Shown here: piece by piece, positions 19,773 through 33,071 of the stretch
Position numbering within the stretch: position 1 is the stretch's first letter
Layout: each line of letters opens with the position of its first letter
Assembly: GCA_965223705.1 (NCBI GenBank)
Contig: OZ245015.1
Span: 1,760,001 to 1,824,000 of the forward strand
Length of the DNA stretch: 64,000 bases
Reading direction: 5' to 3'
From: Myxococcota bacterium
GTDB lineage: Bacteria > Myxococcota_A > UBA9160 > UBA6930
Made by a program: the position numbers and the translations under genes
Notes under the pieces: model-generated
What the model saw: only the letters and a program-made list of their open reading frames with translations
Databases searched by the model: none
What the model was told of the DNA's origin: nothing

Positions 19773-20564
19773 TTAATAGGAGGGCCCCAGGAGGTTGCTG
19801 AGAATCTCCAGGGCGGTCTTCAAGAAGCTCGGATCATCGCGTTGCTTCGGCGCGAAGATGCCTTGTCGCTCTTCGACCATGATTCGCGTGAACTCCGCTT
19901 TCACGTGTTCTTCTCGGCGTCGCTCGGACGGCGCCGACTCGTCGATGCCGCCGTTCAAGACGTAACCCGCGACCTGTTCGAGCTCGTCCGCGTCGAGCCA
20001 GGTGCCGTGGTCGCGGCAGACATCGAGAATGACGCCGGAGCGCCGCTGGAAGTTGCGGCGGAGCATGTGAGCCGAGCACACCGGGCAGCTCCGATACGCG
20101 ATGCGTTGATCGAGGGGATTTCCGCCGTCCCGGCGCGGCTCGGGCAGTTTCATTTCGATCTGCTTGGCGCGACGCGCGGCGACGGCCGCATCGATCAAGG
20201 CATCGAAGTGATCGTTCGGCACCCACAGGCCGTTGCAGCTCGGGCATTCGTGGGTCGAGAAGCTGCCGATCATGCGACCGGGCATCTCGATCGAACAGAC
20301 CGGGCAGGGCAGCGGATCGGCGGCGTAGGCAACCAGTGGACCACTACAGGCCACGCCGCATGCGGTGCAAAACCGCGCGTCCTCTTCGTTGCGCGCGAAG
20401 CAAGCTGTGCAGATACGCGAGAGCGCCTGATCGACTGCTGCGCCGCAGAAGCCGCAGGTCTTGTCGTCTTCGGCCAGAGGGCCGCCGCAGCCCGAGCAGC
20501 GCAGCGTCGGCAGGTCGCTTGCGACGCGCTTCGCGTTGTCGGGATCGGACGGCGAGTCAGACAC
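19773..20564 (-). CDS. Double zinc-ribbon / zf-TFIIB-like protein
   Basis: Repeated CxxC pairs; ECPSCNGLW, YRSCPVC, DVCRDHGTWLD. Confidence 0.85.
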   Translation of the reverse strand: MSDSPSDPDNAKRVASDLPTLRCSGCGGPLAEDDKTCGFCGAAVDQALSRICTACFARNEEDARFCTACGVACSGPLVAYAADPLPCPVCSIEMPGRMIGSFSTHECPSCNGLWVPNDHFDALIDAAVAARRAKQIEMKLPEPRRDGGNPLDQRIAYRSCPVCSAHMLRRNFQRRSGVILDVCRDHGTWLDADELEQVAGYVLNGGIDESAPSERRREEHVKAEFTRIMVEERQGIFAPKQRDDPSFLKTALEILSNLLGPSY

Positions 20565-20571
20565 GCCTTCT

Positions 20572-20599
20572 CAATCGGTATGGCCGACGTGCCTCTTGA
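20572..20599 (-). promoter_or_regulatory. Sigma28/FliA-like promoter of the zinc-ribbon/SPFH operon
   Basis: TCAAG-N15-ACCGATTG on the minus strand just upstream of the start codon. Confidence 0.5.
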
Positions 20600-20628
20600 C
20601 CCGCTGGGGTCCCCGAGGCCGTTCCCGA

Positions 20629-21783
20629 CTAGAGCGCTTCGTAGACCGCGTCGATCAAGCGAGACGATCGCTCATCGATCAGCAACTCGTTGCGCAACAA
20701 GTTCATCACGTAGCCGAAACCGATCTGGGCTTCGGGATCGGCAAAACCCAGGGAACCGCCCATCCCCGGATGGCCGAACGATGAATCAGTCGGCCCGAAC
20801 GCGAAGCGCCGAGCTTCTTGGTTCAACATGAAGCCAAAGCCGAATCGCGTCGGGTTCTCCCAAAGGACGGCGTCAGGGCCCGCGGATCGCTCCTCGCGCG
20901 CGGTGCGCGATAGCTCGGGTGCGAGCAGCGGGAAGTCGCCGATCCGTCCGTTCCCGGCGAGCGCGCCGTAGAGCGTCGCCAAGGCACGGGCGTGGGTATG
21001 TCCGTTTGCCGCGGGGATCTCCGCGGCTCGCCAGGTCCGATCGTTGAAGTCGCCGAACGGGAGGGGCGGGTTGTTGAACGTCTTGGCCACCATGCCGTCG
21101 GGGCGCTCGCGCATCTCGTCACCGAGCAGGTCCGGGAGGCTTTCGTCGGGCGGCGCCGGAACGAGATCCGCCGCCAGCGGGTCGACAGCCGGTGGCGTCC
21201 CAATCCAGCATTCGAGGTCCAGGGGGCGCGAGATTTCCTCTTGAAGATAAGTACCTAGGCTTTTACCTGTAAGGCGATACGCGAGCTCTGAGGCGAACCA
21301 TCCGTAGGTCACGGCGTGATAGCCGTGGTTGGTTCCGGGCTCCCACCAGGGCGCCTCAGCGGCGAGCGCCGACCCCATGGCGCGCCAGTCGTAAAGCGCG
21401 TCGACCGGCTGTGTGGCGCGAAAGGCCGGGATGCCGGCGCGATGGCTGAAGCACTGGGCGACGCTGAGTTCGCCCTTTCCCTCGGCTGCAAACTCGGGCC
21501 AGTAGCGCGCCAGCGGTGCGTCGAGGTCGAGCTTCCCGGCCTCGACGAGGCGCAGCATGCAGAGTGCGGCGATCCCTTTCGTGGTCGAGAAGACGTTCGC
21601 CACCGTGTTGCCTTCCCAAGGACGCCCTTCGGCGTCGCGGATGCCGCCCCACAAATCGACGACGCGGCGTCCCTCGATCACGACCGCAACCGAGGCGCCG
21701 CGCTCGCCGAACGCGTCGAAGTTGTCGCCGAAGACGTCGCGGACTCGGCGGAACGCGGAATCGCATTGGCCCTCGATGTTCAC
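20629..21783 (-). CDS. Serine hydrolase, beta-lactamase-fold esterase (family VIII)
   Basis: FSTTK (SxxK), HGYH, FGHPGMGGS. Confidence 0.92.
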   Translation of the reverse strand: MNIEGQCDSAFRRVRDVFGDNFDAFGERGASVAVVIEGRRVVDLWGGIRDAEGRPWEGNTVANVFSTTKGIAALCMLRLVEAGKLDLDAPLARYWPEFAAEGKGELSVAQCFSHRAGIPAFRATQPVDALYDWRAMGSALAAEAPWWEPGTNHGYHAVTYGWFASELAYRLTGKSLGTYLQEEISRPLDLECWIGTPPAVDPLAADLVPAPPDESLPDLLGDEMRERPDGMVAKTFNNPPLPFGDFNDRTWRAAEIPAANGHTHARALATLYGALAGNGRIGDFPLLAPELSRTAREERSAGPDAVLWENPTRFGFGFMLNQEARRFAFGPTDSSFGHPGMGGSLGFADPEAQIGFGYVMNLLRNELLIDERSSRLIDAVYEAL

Positions 21784-21788
21784 GGCGG

Positions 21789-22742
21789 CTACCGAATCGC
21801 CACGGGGTTGATGACCACCTGCACCGTTCCGACAAAGCGCGGTTGCCCGAGTACGAACAAGAACTCGCTGACACCGTCGGCTGCGAGCTGCGAGGTGTTC
21901 ATGTTCTCGAGGATGTACACGCCGTTCTTGGTGAGGAGCGTTTGATGTACCTCGAAGGGTCGCTTCGGGTTCTCGAAGGGGATCACTTCGACACCCCAGG
22001 TGTCGGCACCGACCGCGACGGCCCCGAGTTTCGCGAGGTAGCGCGCGCCGCCGACCCCGAGCCCGGGTTCGCCCTTCATGAACCCATCGGCGTTCGTCTC
22101 GGCGAGGGAGCCCCAGCCCGTGTGAAACAGGACGACGTCACCCTGACGAAGCTCGACCTTTTGGCGCTGCGCCGCCGCGTCGATTTCCGCCTGATTGATC
22201 GGCGTGCCGGCGCCCAGTCGGGTGACACCTTTCAGTGCCGCGATGTCGAGGAGGACGCCGCGGGTCACGATGGGCGGCAGGGTGTGGGTGCCAAATTTCG
22301 CGAGGCCGTCCGGACGAATGAATTCCGACGCGGGTGTTCCGTTGTAGAAGACCGAGTCGATTCCGACGTGCCCGAGGCCGTCGATCTGAGAGCCCACGCC
22401 CATATGGGAGAAAATGACGTCGTCCGTTCCGGAGACCTTGTTCTCGCCGAGTGCGGCGCCTGAGCCGTCACCGCTCGCCATGGTGACGATGCGATACGAG
22501 CGACCCGGATAGGCCGGTGTGTCCGGACCTGTGGGGATACCCAACGCATAGGTTTTGCCGCTGGTGACCAGGCGTGCGGCTTCCACCACCTTGCCCGGGT
22601 CGAGCAGATTGATCGCCCCCAGCGTGTCGCCTTTCCCGTAGCGGGAAGGGAACCACTCCTCCGCGGCGACCGGGTGGCCGATCCAGAGCAAAGCGATCAC
22701 GGGGAATGTCAAGAACCGAGACTTTCGGACGGTGGCGAGCAT
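21789..22742 (-). CDS. Cyclase-family (kynurenine formamidase-like) protein with signal peptide
   Basis: GSQIDGLGH, TRGVLLD, EPGLG, GVYILEN, VINPVAIR; GAGG SD. Confidence 0.88.
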   Translation of the reverse strand: MLATVRKSRFLTFPVIALLWIGHPVAAEEWFPSRYGKGDTLGAINLLDPGKVVEAARLVTSGKTYALGIPTGPDTPAYPGRSYRIVTMASGDGSGAALGENKVSGTDDVIFSHMGVGSQIDGLGHVGIDSVFYNGTPASEFIRPDGLAKFGTHTLPPIVTRGVLLDIAALKGVTRLGAGTPINQAEIDAAAQRQKVELRQGDVVLFHTGWGSLAETNADGFMKGEPGLGVGGARYLAKLGAVAVGADTWGVEVIPFENPKRPFEVHQTLLTKNGVYILENMNTSQLAADGVSEFLFVLGQPRFVGTVQVVINPVAIR

Positions 22743-22801
22743 GGGTACCTCCTCTGCACACGGTGCTACCATTCTGACACGATCCCCGCGAGAGGTAAGT
22801 C

Positions 22802-23989
22802 ATGAACGCGACAGAAACCGGTCTCGACACCAGCGCACAGTTCGCTCACGAAGCTCTTCCCGAGGCGACCCATGACGAGTTCGCGCGGCAAGAATTCGTG
22901 AAGAGCTTCAAGCTTCACGTGGCGACGCAGATCGCGCCGCGCAACCGCGACGTCTACGAGCAGCGGGTGAAACCGCGCATCGAGCGCGAGAAGGGCCGAG
23001 CTCCGGAGTCGCGCCACGAAGTGCGCGAGGCGATGAGCCGGGAGCCGTACTACCAATTCTGGAGCGGGTTGCTGCGCACGAGCCAGGAAATGATGTGGGA
23101 ATCCGTCGGAACGTCCGTGGAGCGCCAACTACCGACGTTGATTCAAGGCGCGCGCAAGAACGGGTCGAGCGCCGGCGGCAGCCTGCGCCTCGACCCGTCC
23201 CTCGAAATTCCCGCGTACCACCGGGCCGTGGATATCCACTGCCAACCGGGCGGGTACCACACCGAGCTTACGGAGGACGACGTCGCTGCCGGCGCCATCT
23301 ACGACCGCGCCGTCTATCTCTACGCGATGGGTCGCATGGGCCCGTTCAACGACGATATCGGCGCGAGCCTCGCCGCCTACATCGAGGCCACCTGGCCGGA
23401 CTTCCGCCCCAAGCGAATTCTCGATCTCGGCTGCTCCGTCGGGCACAGCACCATCCCCTACAAGGCGCGGTTCCCGGACGCGGAAATTCACGCGGTCGAC
23501 GTCGGTGCTCCGATGTTGCGCCACGCTCACCGAAGGGCGGAGTCCCTGGGCCATGCCATCCACTTCTCGCAGCAGAACGCGGAGTCGCTCGACTTCGAGG
23601 ACGGGAGCTTCGACCTCATCGTGTCGCACATCTTGCTGCATGAGACGTCGGCGAAGGCGATCCGCAACATCATGTCGGAATGCCATCGGCTCTTGGCGCC
23701 CGGCGGGTTGATGCTTCACGGCGAAGTGCCCCAGTACCACGGGATGGATCCCTACGACGCGTTCATCCTCGACTGGGACACGTACAACAACAACGAACCG
23801 TTCTGGGGGACCGTGCACGACATGGATCTCGAGGCACTGGCCGTCGATGTCGGCTTCTCACGCGATCAACTGATCGACGCGTTCGCCCCGAGTGCTTTCG
23901 CCGAGGCCGAAGCGCGCCGAACCCACCAGTTCCAGGGTGGCGATTTCGGTGGCGGCGGCCAGTGGTACGCGTTCGGCGCACGCAAGTAG
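22802..23989 (+). CDS. Class I SAM-dependent methyltransferase with long N-terminal domain
   Basis: ILDLGCSVG, FDLIVSHILLHE, DIHCQPGGY, NNEPFW. Confidence 0.88.
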   Translation: MNATETGLDTSAQFAHEALPEATHDEFARQEFVKSFKLHVATQIAPRNRDVYEQRVKPRIEREKGRAPESRHEVREAMSREPYYQFWSGLLRTSQEMMWESVGTSVERQLPTLIQGARKNGSSAGGSLRLDPSLEIPAYHRAVDIHCQPGGYHTELTEDDVAAGAIYDRAVYLYAMGRMGPFNDDIGASLAAYIEATWPDFRPKRILDLGCSVGHSTIPYKARFPDAEIHAVDVGAPMLRHAHRRAESLGHAIHFSQQNAESLDFEDGSFDLIVSHILLHETSAKAIRNIMSECHRLLAPGGLMLHGEVPQYHGMDPYDAFILDWDTYNNNEPFWGTVHDMDLEALAVDVGFSRDQLIDAFAPSAFAEAEARRTHQFQGGDFGGGGQWYAFGARK

Positions 23990-23993
23990 TCCC

Positions 23994-24346
23994 GTGGCCG
24001 ATGCCCCCGAAGTGAAGCGGCGCGCCAGGGGCGCGCGGCCGTATTTCTTCGACGATCCCGCTGTCGATAAACTGCTGGCCATCGTGATGGCACTCGCCGG
24101 CGAAGTGTCGGTCCTCCGGGACCGCCTCGACACCTTGACGCAAATCGCCGCACAAAAGGATCTGCTCGAGCCCCAAGAGCTCGACGCGTTCGTGCCCGAC
24201 GCTTCATTGCGGGCCGAGCGCGACGCTTGGCGCGACGAATTCCTGAACCGGATTCTGCGCATCGTGCGCGTCGAGCTCGAAGAAGTCGAGGAAGAGAACT
24301 CCCCCGACGCGTATCGTCGGGCGATCGAAGAAGTCGGCGAAGGCGG

Positions 24347-24350
<4 letters not shown>
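23994..24350 (+). CDS. Small helical hypothetical protein coupled to the methyltransferase
   Basis: GTG 4 nt after the MTase stop; RPYFFDDPAVDKLL...ALAGEVSVLRDRLDT coiled-coil. Confidence 0.8.
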
Positions 24351-25717
<1,367 letters not shown>

Positions 25718-25741
25718 GGCGCGATTATCCTCTGTGCCACG

Positions 25742-26641
25742 ATGGGCGGCGAACAAAACCTGGAACCCCGAAGCCAGATCCGCGGCGCGATTCGCCGCGT
25801 CGGGTTGTGCATCCGTCCCAATTCACCCGAAGTCGATGCCGTCGCCCGTCAGCTCGCGGAGTGGCTCGAAGCGCGGGGGGTCGAGTTGTCCCTCGACCCC
25901 GAGGCGGCTCGGCTCCTGGGTGGTGAGGAAAAGAGCCGCGCCGAACTCGCGCGGGAGACCGACCTCCTGGTCGTTCTCGGTGGCGACGGCACGTTGCTCG
26001 CGGTCGCCCAGAGTATCGGCGAACGTCCGATCCCCGTCGTCGGGATCAACCTCGGCCGATTGGGTTTCCTGGCCGAGATCGCGCCCCCCGAACAGTTCGA
26101 GGCGCTCGAGGGCATGCTGCGCGGCGAGTTCCACGTCGCGCCCCGCCTGCGCCTCGAAGTCCGGGTCGAACGCGGCGGCGACGAGGTCGCGCGTTTTCTC
26201 GCCTTGAACGACGCGGTCGTCGCGCGCAGCGATCCATCGCGCATGATCGATATCGCGTTGCGCGCCGACGGCGGCCTGGTGACGACCTACCACGCCGACG
26301 GCCTTTGCGTCGCGACGCCCACCGGCTCGACGGCGTACTCCCTGTCGGCCGGGGGGCCGATCTTGCTGCCGGGTACGCATGCGTTCGTCGTCACACCGAT
26401 CTCCGCGCACACGCTGAGCCAGCGGCCGGTGGTGGTTCCGCGAACGACGCTCCTCGAGATGCAGGTGGTCCCGCGAGAGGGCGATGCGCAGCTCACGGTG
26501 GACGGCCAGTCCAACGTGGCGCTCGACCCCGAAGATACGGTCTTCATTACCGGCTCCGCCTTCCCCGTGCATTTCGCCACGTCGCCGAACCGCTCTCGTT
26601 TCGATCTGCTGCGCACGAAACTCCGCTGGGGCGCCGAGTGA
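25742..26641 (+). CDS. nadK: NAD kinase
   Basis: GGDGT, GRLGFL, LND, TPTGSTAYSLSAGGP. Confidence 0.96.
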   Translation: MGGEQNLEPRSQIRGAIRRVGLCIRPNSPEVDAVARQLAEWLEARGVELSLDPEAARLLGGEEKSRAELARETDLLVVLGGDGTLLAVAQSIGERPIPVVGINLGRLGFLAEIAPPEQFEALEGMLRGEFHVAPRLRLEVRVERGGDEVARFLALNDAVVARSDPSRMIDIALRADGGLVTTYHADGLCVATPTGSTAYSLSAGGPILLPGTHAFVVTPISAHTLSQRPVVVPRTTLLEMQVVPREGDAQLTVDGQSNVALDPEDTVFITGSAFPVHFATSPNRSRFDLLRTKLRWGAE

Positions 26642-26651
26642 AGCACCACTC

Positions 26652-28352
26652 ATGATCCGCTGGATTCGCATCGAGGGGCTCGCCGTCGTGGCGTCTCTCG
26701 AGCTCGAGTTCACCGAGGGGCTGAACGTGCTGACGGGAGAGACCGGAGCGGGCAAGTCTCTGGTCCTCACGGCGCTCGGACTGCTCGCGGGACAACGCGC
26801 ACCGAAGGACGCGGTGAGAGAGGGTGAAGACCGCGCCGTCGTCGAGGCGTCCTTCGATACCCGCGCGCTGCCCGACCTCGAAGCCGAGCTGGTCGAGCGC
26901 GGTCTCGAAGGGGAAGATCACGAGCTCATCGTCCGCCGCGAGGTCCCGCGCCGCGGTCGAGGCCGTTGCCGGATTTCAGGCGTCACGGTGCCGGCGGGAA
27001 CGTTGGCGGAGCTCTTCTCGGGTCGCCTCGAGATTTCGAGTCAGCACGATTCCCAGGGGCTCCTACGCCCCGACGCGCATGGCGCCTTGCTCGATCAGTT
27101 CGGGAAGCTCGAAAGCGAACGCGACGCGCTCCGGCGAACCTTCGAGGCCCTGCGCGCGCTGCGCGACGAATTTCAGGCCCTCGTCGAGAACGCCGCGGAA
27201 CGCGCGCGTCGCGCGGATTTCTTGCGCTTTCAACTGACTGAGATCGACGACGCCGGTCTCGAGGTCGGCGAGTTCGAGCGCGTTCGCGACGCTCGAGAGC
27301 GTCTGCGCCATGCCGAGCAGATCCAGGGAGCCCTCGCATCGTGCAGCAAGCTCCTCGAAGGGGACCCCAACGAATCCGATGAGGGCGGTGCCGGGGACGC
27401 GTTGGCGACGGCTCTCCAGCAGTTGCGCGGGGTCGTTGCGTTCGACCCCGATCTCGCGCCGCTGCTCGAGCGCGTCGAGGCGAGCCGCCAGGAACTGCTC
27501 GACCTCGCCGCGACCTTCCGGGACCGCGCTTTTGCTTCCGACCTAGACCCGCAGGCCCTGGCCGGTATCGACGAGCGGTTTCGCGCCCTCGAAGATCTCC
27601 GCCGGAAGTACGGCGACGACGAAGCGGACATCCTGAAGCAGCGCGAGGGGCTGGCCCGCGAGCTTCTCAATCTGGATCACAGCGATGACCGACGCGATGC
27701 GCTCGCCGCCGAGATCGCATCGGTTTCGGAAGAGCTCGAACGTCGCGCGGCGAAGCTGTCACGCGGACGCCAGCGCGCTGCGAAGGAGCTCGCGGGACGC
27801 GTCACGGGATCTCTCGCCGAGCTGGCCCTTCCGGGCGCGATTTTCGACGTGTCCCTCGAACCCGCACGGGTCGCCGACGACATGCCCTGTGGGCCGGGGG
27901 GACTCGAGCAGGCGCTGTTTCGCTTCGCTGCGAACGGCGAACCCACGCCGCGCCCGCTCCAGCGCGTGGCGTCTGGCGGAGAGCTGTCGCGTCTCCTCTT
28001 GGCGATCAAGGGGGCCGCGAGAAACGCCGCGCGCAGCATGTCGATCGTGTTCGACGAAGTGGACGCCGGAGTCGGAGGCCGGGCTGCGGATCGCGTGGGC
28101 GACGCTCTGGCCGCGCTCGCAGCTCGCCACCAAGTTCTCTGCATCACCCACTTGCCGCAAATCGCCGCGCGCGGCGTCCACCACATTCGCATCGAGAAGG
28201 GGCGCGGCCGGCGAGCGCAGACGGGAGCGACGGTGCTCACGGGCCGGGAGCGGGTCGAGGAAATCGCGCGCATGGCGGGTGGTGAAGGCGTGACTGCAAC
28301 CACGCGGCGACACGCTCGGGAACTCCTCTCACGCAGCCACCCGACCGCGTAG
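26652..28352 (+). CDS. recN: DNA repair protein RecN
   Basis: TGETGAGKS, ASGGELSR, FDEVDAGVGG, ITHLPQIA. Confidence 0.96.
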   Translation: MIRWIRIEGLAVVASLELEFTEGLNVLTGETGAGKSLVLTALGLLAGQRAPKDAVREGEDRAVVEASFDTRALPDLEAELVERGLEGEDHELIVRREVPRRGRGRCRISGVTVPAGTLAELFSGRLEISSQHDSQGLLRPDAHGALLDQFGKLESERDALRRTFEALRALRDEFQALVENAAERARRADFLRFQLTEIDDAGLEVGEFERVRDARERLRHAEQIQGALASCSKLLEGDPNESDEGGAGDALATALQQLRGVVAFDPDLAPLLERVEASRQELLDLAATFRDRAFASDLDPQALAGIDERFRALEDLRRKYGDDEADILKQREGLARELLNLDHSDDRRDALAAEIASVSEELERRAAKLSRGRQRAAKELAGRVTGSLAELALPGAIFDVSLEPARVADDMPCGPGGLEQALFRFAANGEPTPRPLQRVASGGELSRLLLAIKGAARNAARSMSIVFDEVDAGVGGRAADRVGDALAALAARHQVLCITHLPQIAARGVHHIRIEKGRGRRAQTGATVLTGRERVEEIARMAGGEGVTATTRRHARELLSRSHPTA

Positions 28353-28393
28353 CAAGCTGGGTGGTTTCTCCACCGTTTCCGTCGGTGGCCCGA

Positions 28394-28421
28394 TCAAGTC
28401 CGGGGGCGTAGGGACCGATCA
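28394..28421 (+). promoter_or_regulatory. Sigma28/FliA-like promoter of the FHA-M23 operon
   Basis: TCAAG-N15-ACCGATCA. Confidence 0.5.
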
Positions 28422-28466
28422 ATCCCCACGGAGCTGGTGCGCACGGCGCCGGGGTGGGGAGCACTC

Positions 28467-28796
28467 ATGAAAGAGGAGAGAACCCCTCAGGGTCCGGTGC
28501 CGCCGGGGGGGCAGATTCGCGTCCTCGGCGGTTTCTTCGACGGGCTCGAGGTCGATCTCAGCCAGGAATGGTTCGTGGTCGGACGCGGTCGTGAGGCCAA
28601 CCTCATCCTCGCTGAGCCCACGATCTCCCGCGCTCATGCGGCCATCGGATTTGACGGGGATTTGTACTTCTTGCGCGATCTCGGCAGTACGAACGGCAGT
28701 TTCGTGAACGGCGAGCCTCACCGGGAAACGGTGCTCGTCGATCAGGACGAAGTGCAGATGGGTCGGCTGCGGCTGCGGCTGAGTTTGCCCGTATGA
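28467..28796 (+). CDS. Stand-alone FHA domain protein
   Basis: VGR, ISRAHA, DLGSTNGSFVNG. Confidence 0.92.
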   Translation: MKEERTPQGPVPPGGQIRVLGGFFDGLEVDLSQEWFVVGRGREANLILAEPTISRAHAAIGFDGDLYFLRDLGSTNGSFVNGEPHRETVLVDQDEVQMGRLRLRLSLPV

Positions 28797-30250
28797 GTGA
28801 GGGCCAGTCCGCACCGGACAAGCTGACGCTCATCGTGGTTCCCGACGAGGCCTCGCCGGTCCGTCGGTACCAGATCTCCCGCTCTTGGTTGCGACGTGCG
28901 CGCTGGATCGGACCGCTCTTGGCGATCATGCTCATCGGGCTGATCGGCGACTACACCCGTCTGCGCTTCAACGCGGTCGATATGGTTCGGCTGCGCGGCG
29001 AGGCGGAGGAGCGCGAGGTTCGCGTGGATGCGCTGGGTGAGGAGGTTGCGGACCTCCGCGCCGAGTTGACGCGCATCCGCGAACTCGAACGCAAAGTCCG
29101 GATCATCGCGAATCTGCCGGAGTTGCCCTCTCAAGAGGCCGTGCCGGCGGTCGCTCCGTCTGCGCTGCCGGGGAGCGGCGCGACCGCGCAGACGTCTGTC
29201 GAGACGGCAGCACCGAAACGAAAAGCGAAGCCCTCGGTTCGAACCAAGGCAAAGCCGTCCCCCGCGAAGGCGAAGCCGGCACCCGAACCGGTCCCTCCGA
29301 AAGCTCCCGCCGCCCCGAAGCCGGCGGCGCCCAAGGCCAAAACCGCACCAAAAGCGCCGGCGACGACCGAAACGCCGTCGACGCCCGCGCCGAAGCCGTC
29401 ACCCAAAAAGCCGCCGCCGAGACCGAGTTCCGTCGCGAAGCCCGCTCCTCCGCCTGCGCCGAAACCGCAGCCGGAAGATCTCGGCGTTCCGAAGCCGGGG
29501 GAGAAGCCGCCTCAACACCTCATCATTCCCCGAGAGGACGCTCCCCGGGTACCCGCGGCGCCCCTCGATGGGCAGGGCGGCGTTGAAAGCGACGAGCCCG
29601 AGCCGGGCGATGAGGTGCCGGTCGAGGAGTCGTCGGATCAAGAGCCGATGGCCCCACCCGCGTCGACCGCGGAGGGTGGCGGAGAGGAGGATGCCAGTGC
29701 CCCGCCGCAAGACGCGGACGTAATCCGGATCCTCGGCAGTTCAGCAGTTCGCGAGCAGCTCGAAACGGAGGCGGACCTCCTCGCCATCGAGCTCGCGTCG
29801 CGGCTGCGCTCGCTCGACGAGCTTCTCACGCGGCTCGAAGGGAAGAGCGCCCAGCTCGCGTCTACGCCGTCCATCTGGCCGACCACTGGCTGGGTGACGT
29901 CTCCCTACGGTTATCGCACCTCCCCGTTTACCGGCCGGCGTCAGTTCCATTCCGGACTCGACATCGCGGCGAAATTCGGGACGCCGGTCGTGGCCCCAGC
30001 GACGGGACGCGTCGTGTTCGCCGGGCGAAAAGGGCCCATGGGCAAGATGGTCGAGATTGATCATGGATACGGAATAAGTACTGCGTATGGGCACTTAGCG
30101 GAGTATTTCGTGAAAAAAGGCGAATTCGTAGAGCGGGGTCAACGGATCGCCGCGGTCGGCAGCACGGGCCGGAGCACAGGCCCCCATCTCCACTACTCCG
30201 TGCGTCTGAAGCGCAAACACGTAAACCCCGCGAACTACATCATCGATTAG
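28793..30250 (+). CDS. M23 family peptidase with long Pro/Lys/Ala-rich insert
   Basis: N-terminal TM and coiled coil; TPSIWP, HSGLDI, STGPHLHY. Confidence 0.92.
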   Translation: MSEGQSAPDKLTLIVVPDEASPVRRYQISRSWLRRARWIGPLLAIMLIGLIGDYTRLRFNAVDMVRLRGEAEEREVRVDALGEEVADLRAELTRIRELERKVRIIANLPELPSQEAVPAVAPSALPGSGATAQTSVETAAPKRKAKPSVRTKAKPSPAKAKPAPEPVPPKAPAAPKPAAPKAKTAPKAPATTETPSTPAPKPSPKKPPPRPSSVAKPAPPPAPKPQPEDLGVPKPGEKPPQHLIIPREDAPRVPAAPLDGQGGVESDEPEPGDEVPVEESSDQEPMAPPASTAEGGGEEDASAPPQDADVIRILGSSAVREQLETEADLLAIELASRLRSLDELLTRLEGKSAQLASTPSIWPTTGWVTSPYGYRTSPFTGRRQFHSGLDIAAKFGTPVVAPATGRVVFAGRKGPMGKMVEIDHGYGISTAYGHLAEYFVKKGEFVERGQRIAAVGSTGRSTGPHLHYSVRLKRKHVNPANYIID

Positions 30251-30337
30251 CTCCGAAGCGCGCCCGCGCGTTGCTCCGCGCCGGTGGCTTCCGTACATTC
30301 GCCGACCTTCCCCGGGCCGGAGTCGCCGAGTCCCACG

Positions 30338-33070
<2,733 letters not shown>

Positions 33071-33071
33071 C

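Noticed and set aside
29200..29480. DNA tandem repeat or mobile insert within the M23 gene
   Set aside because: Low complexity is at the protein level (Pro/Lys/Ala codons); no exact repeat unit or terminal repeats seen.
30055..30125. AT-richer patch inside the M23 domain
   Set aside because: Encodes normal M23 residues in frame; it might hold an internal secA promoter, but no convincing element was found.
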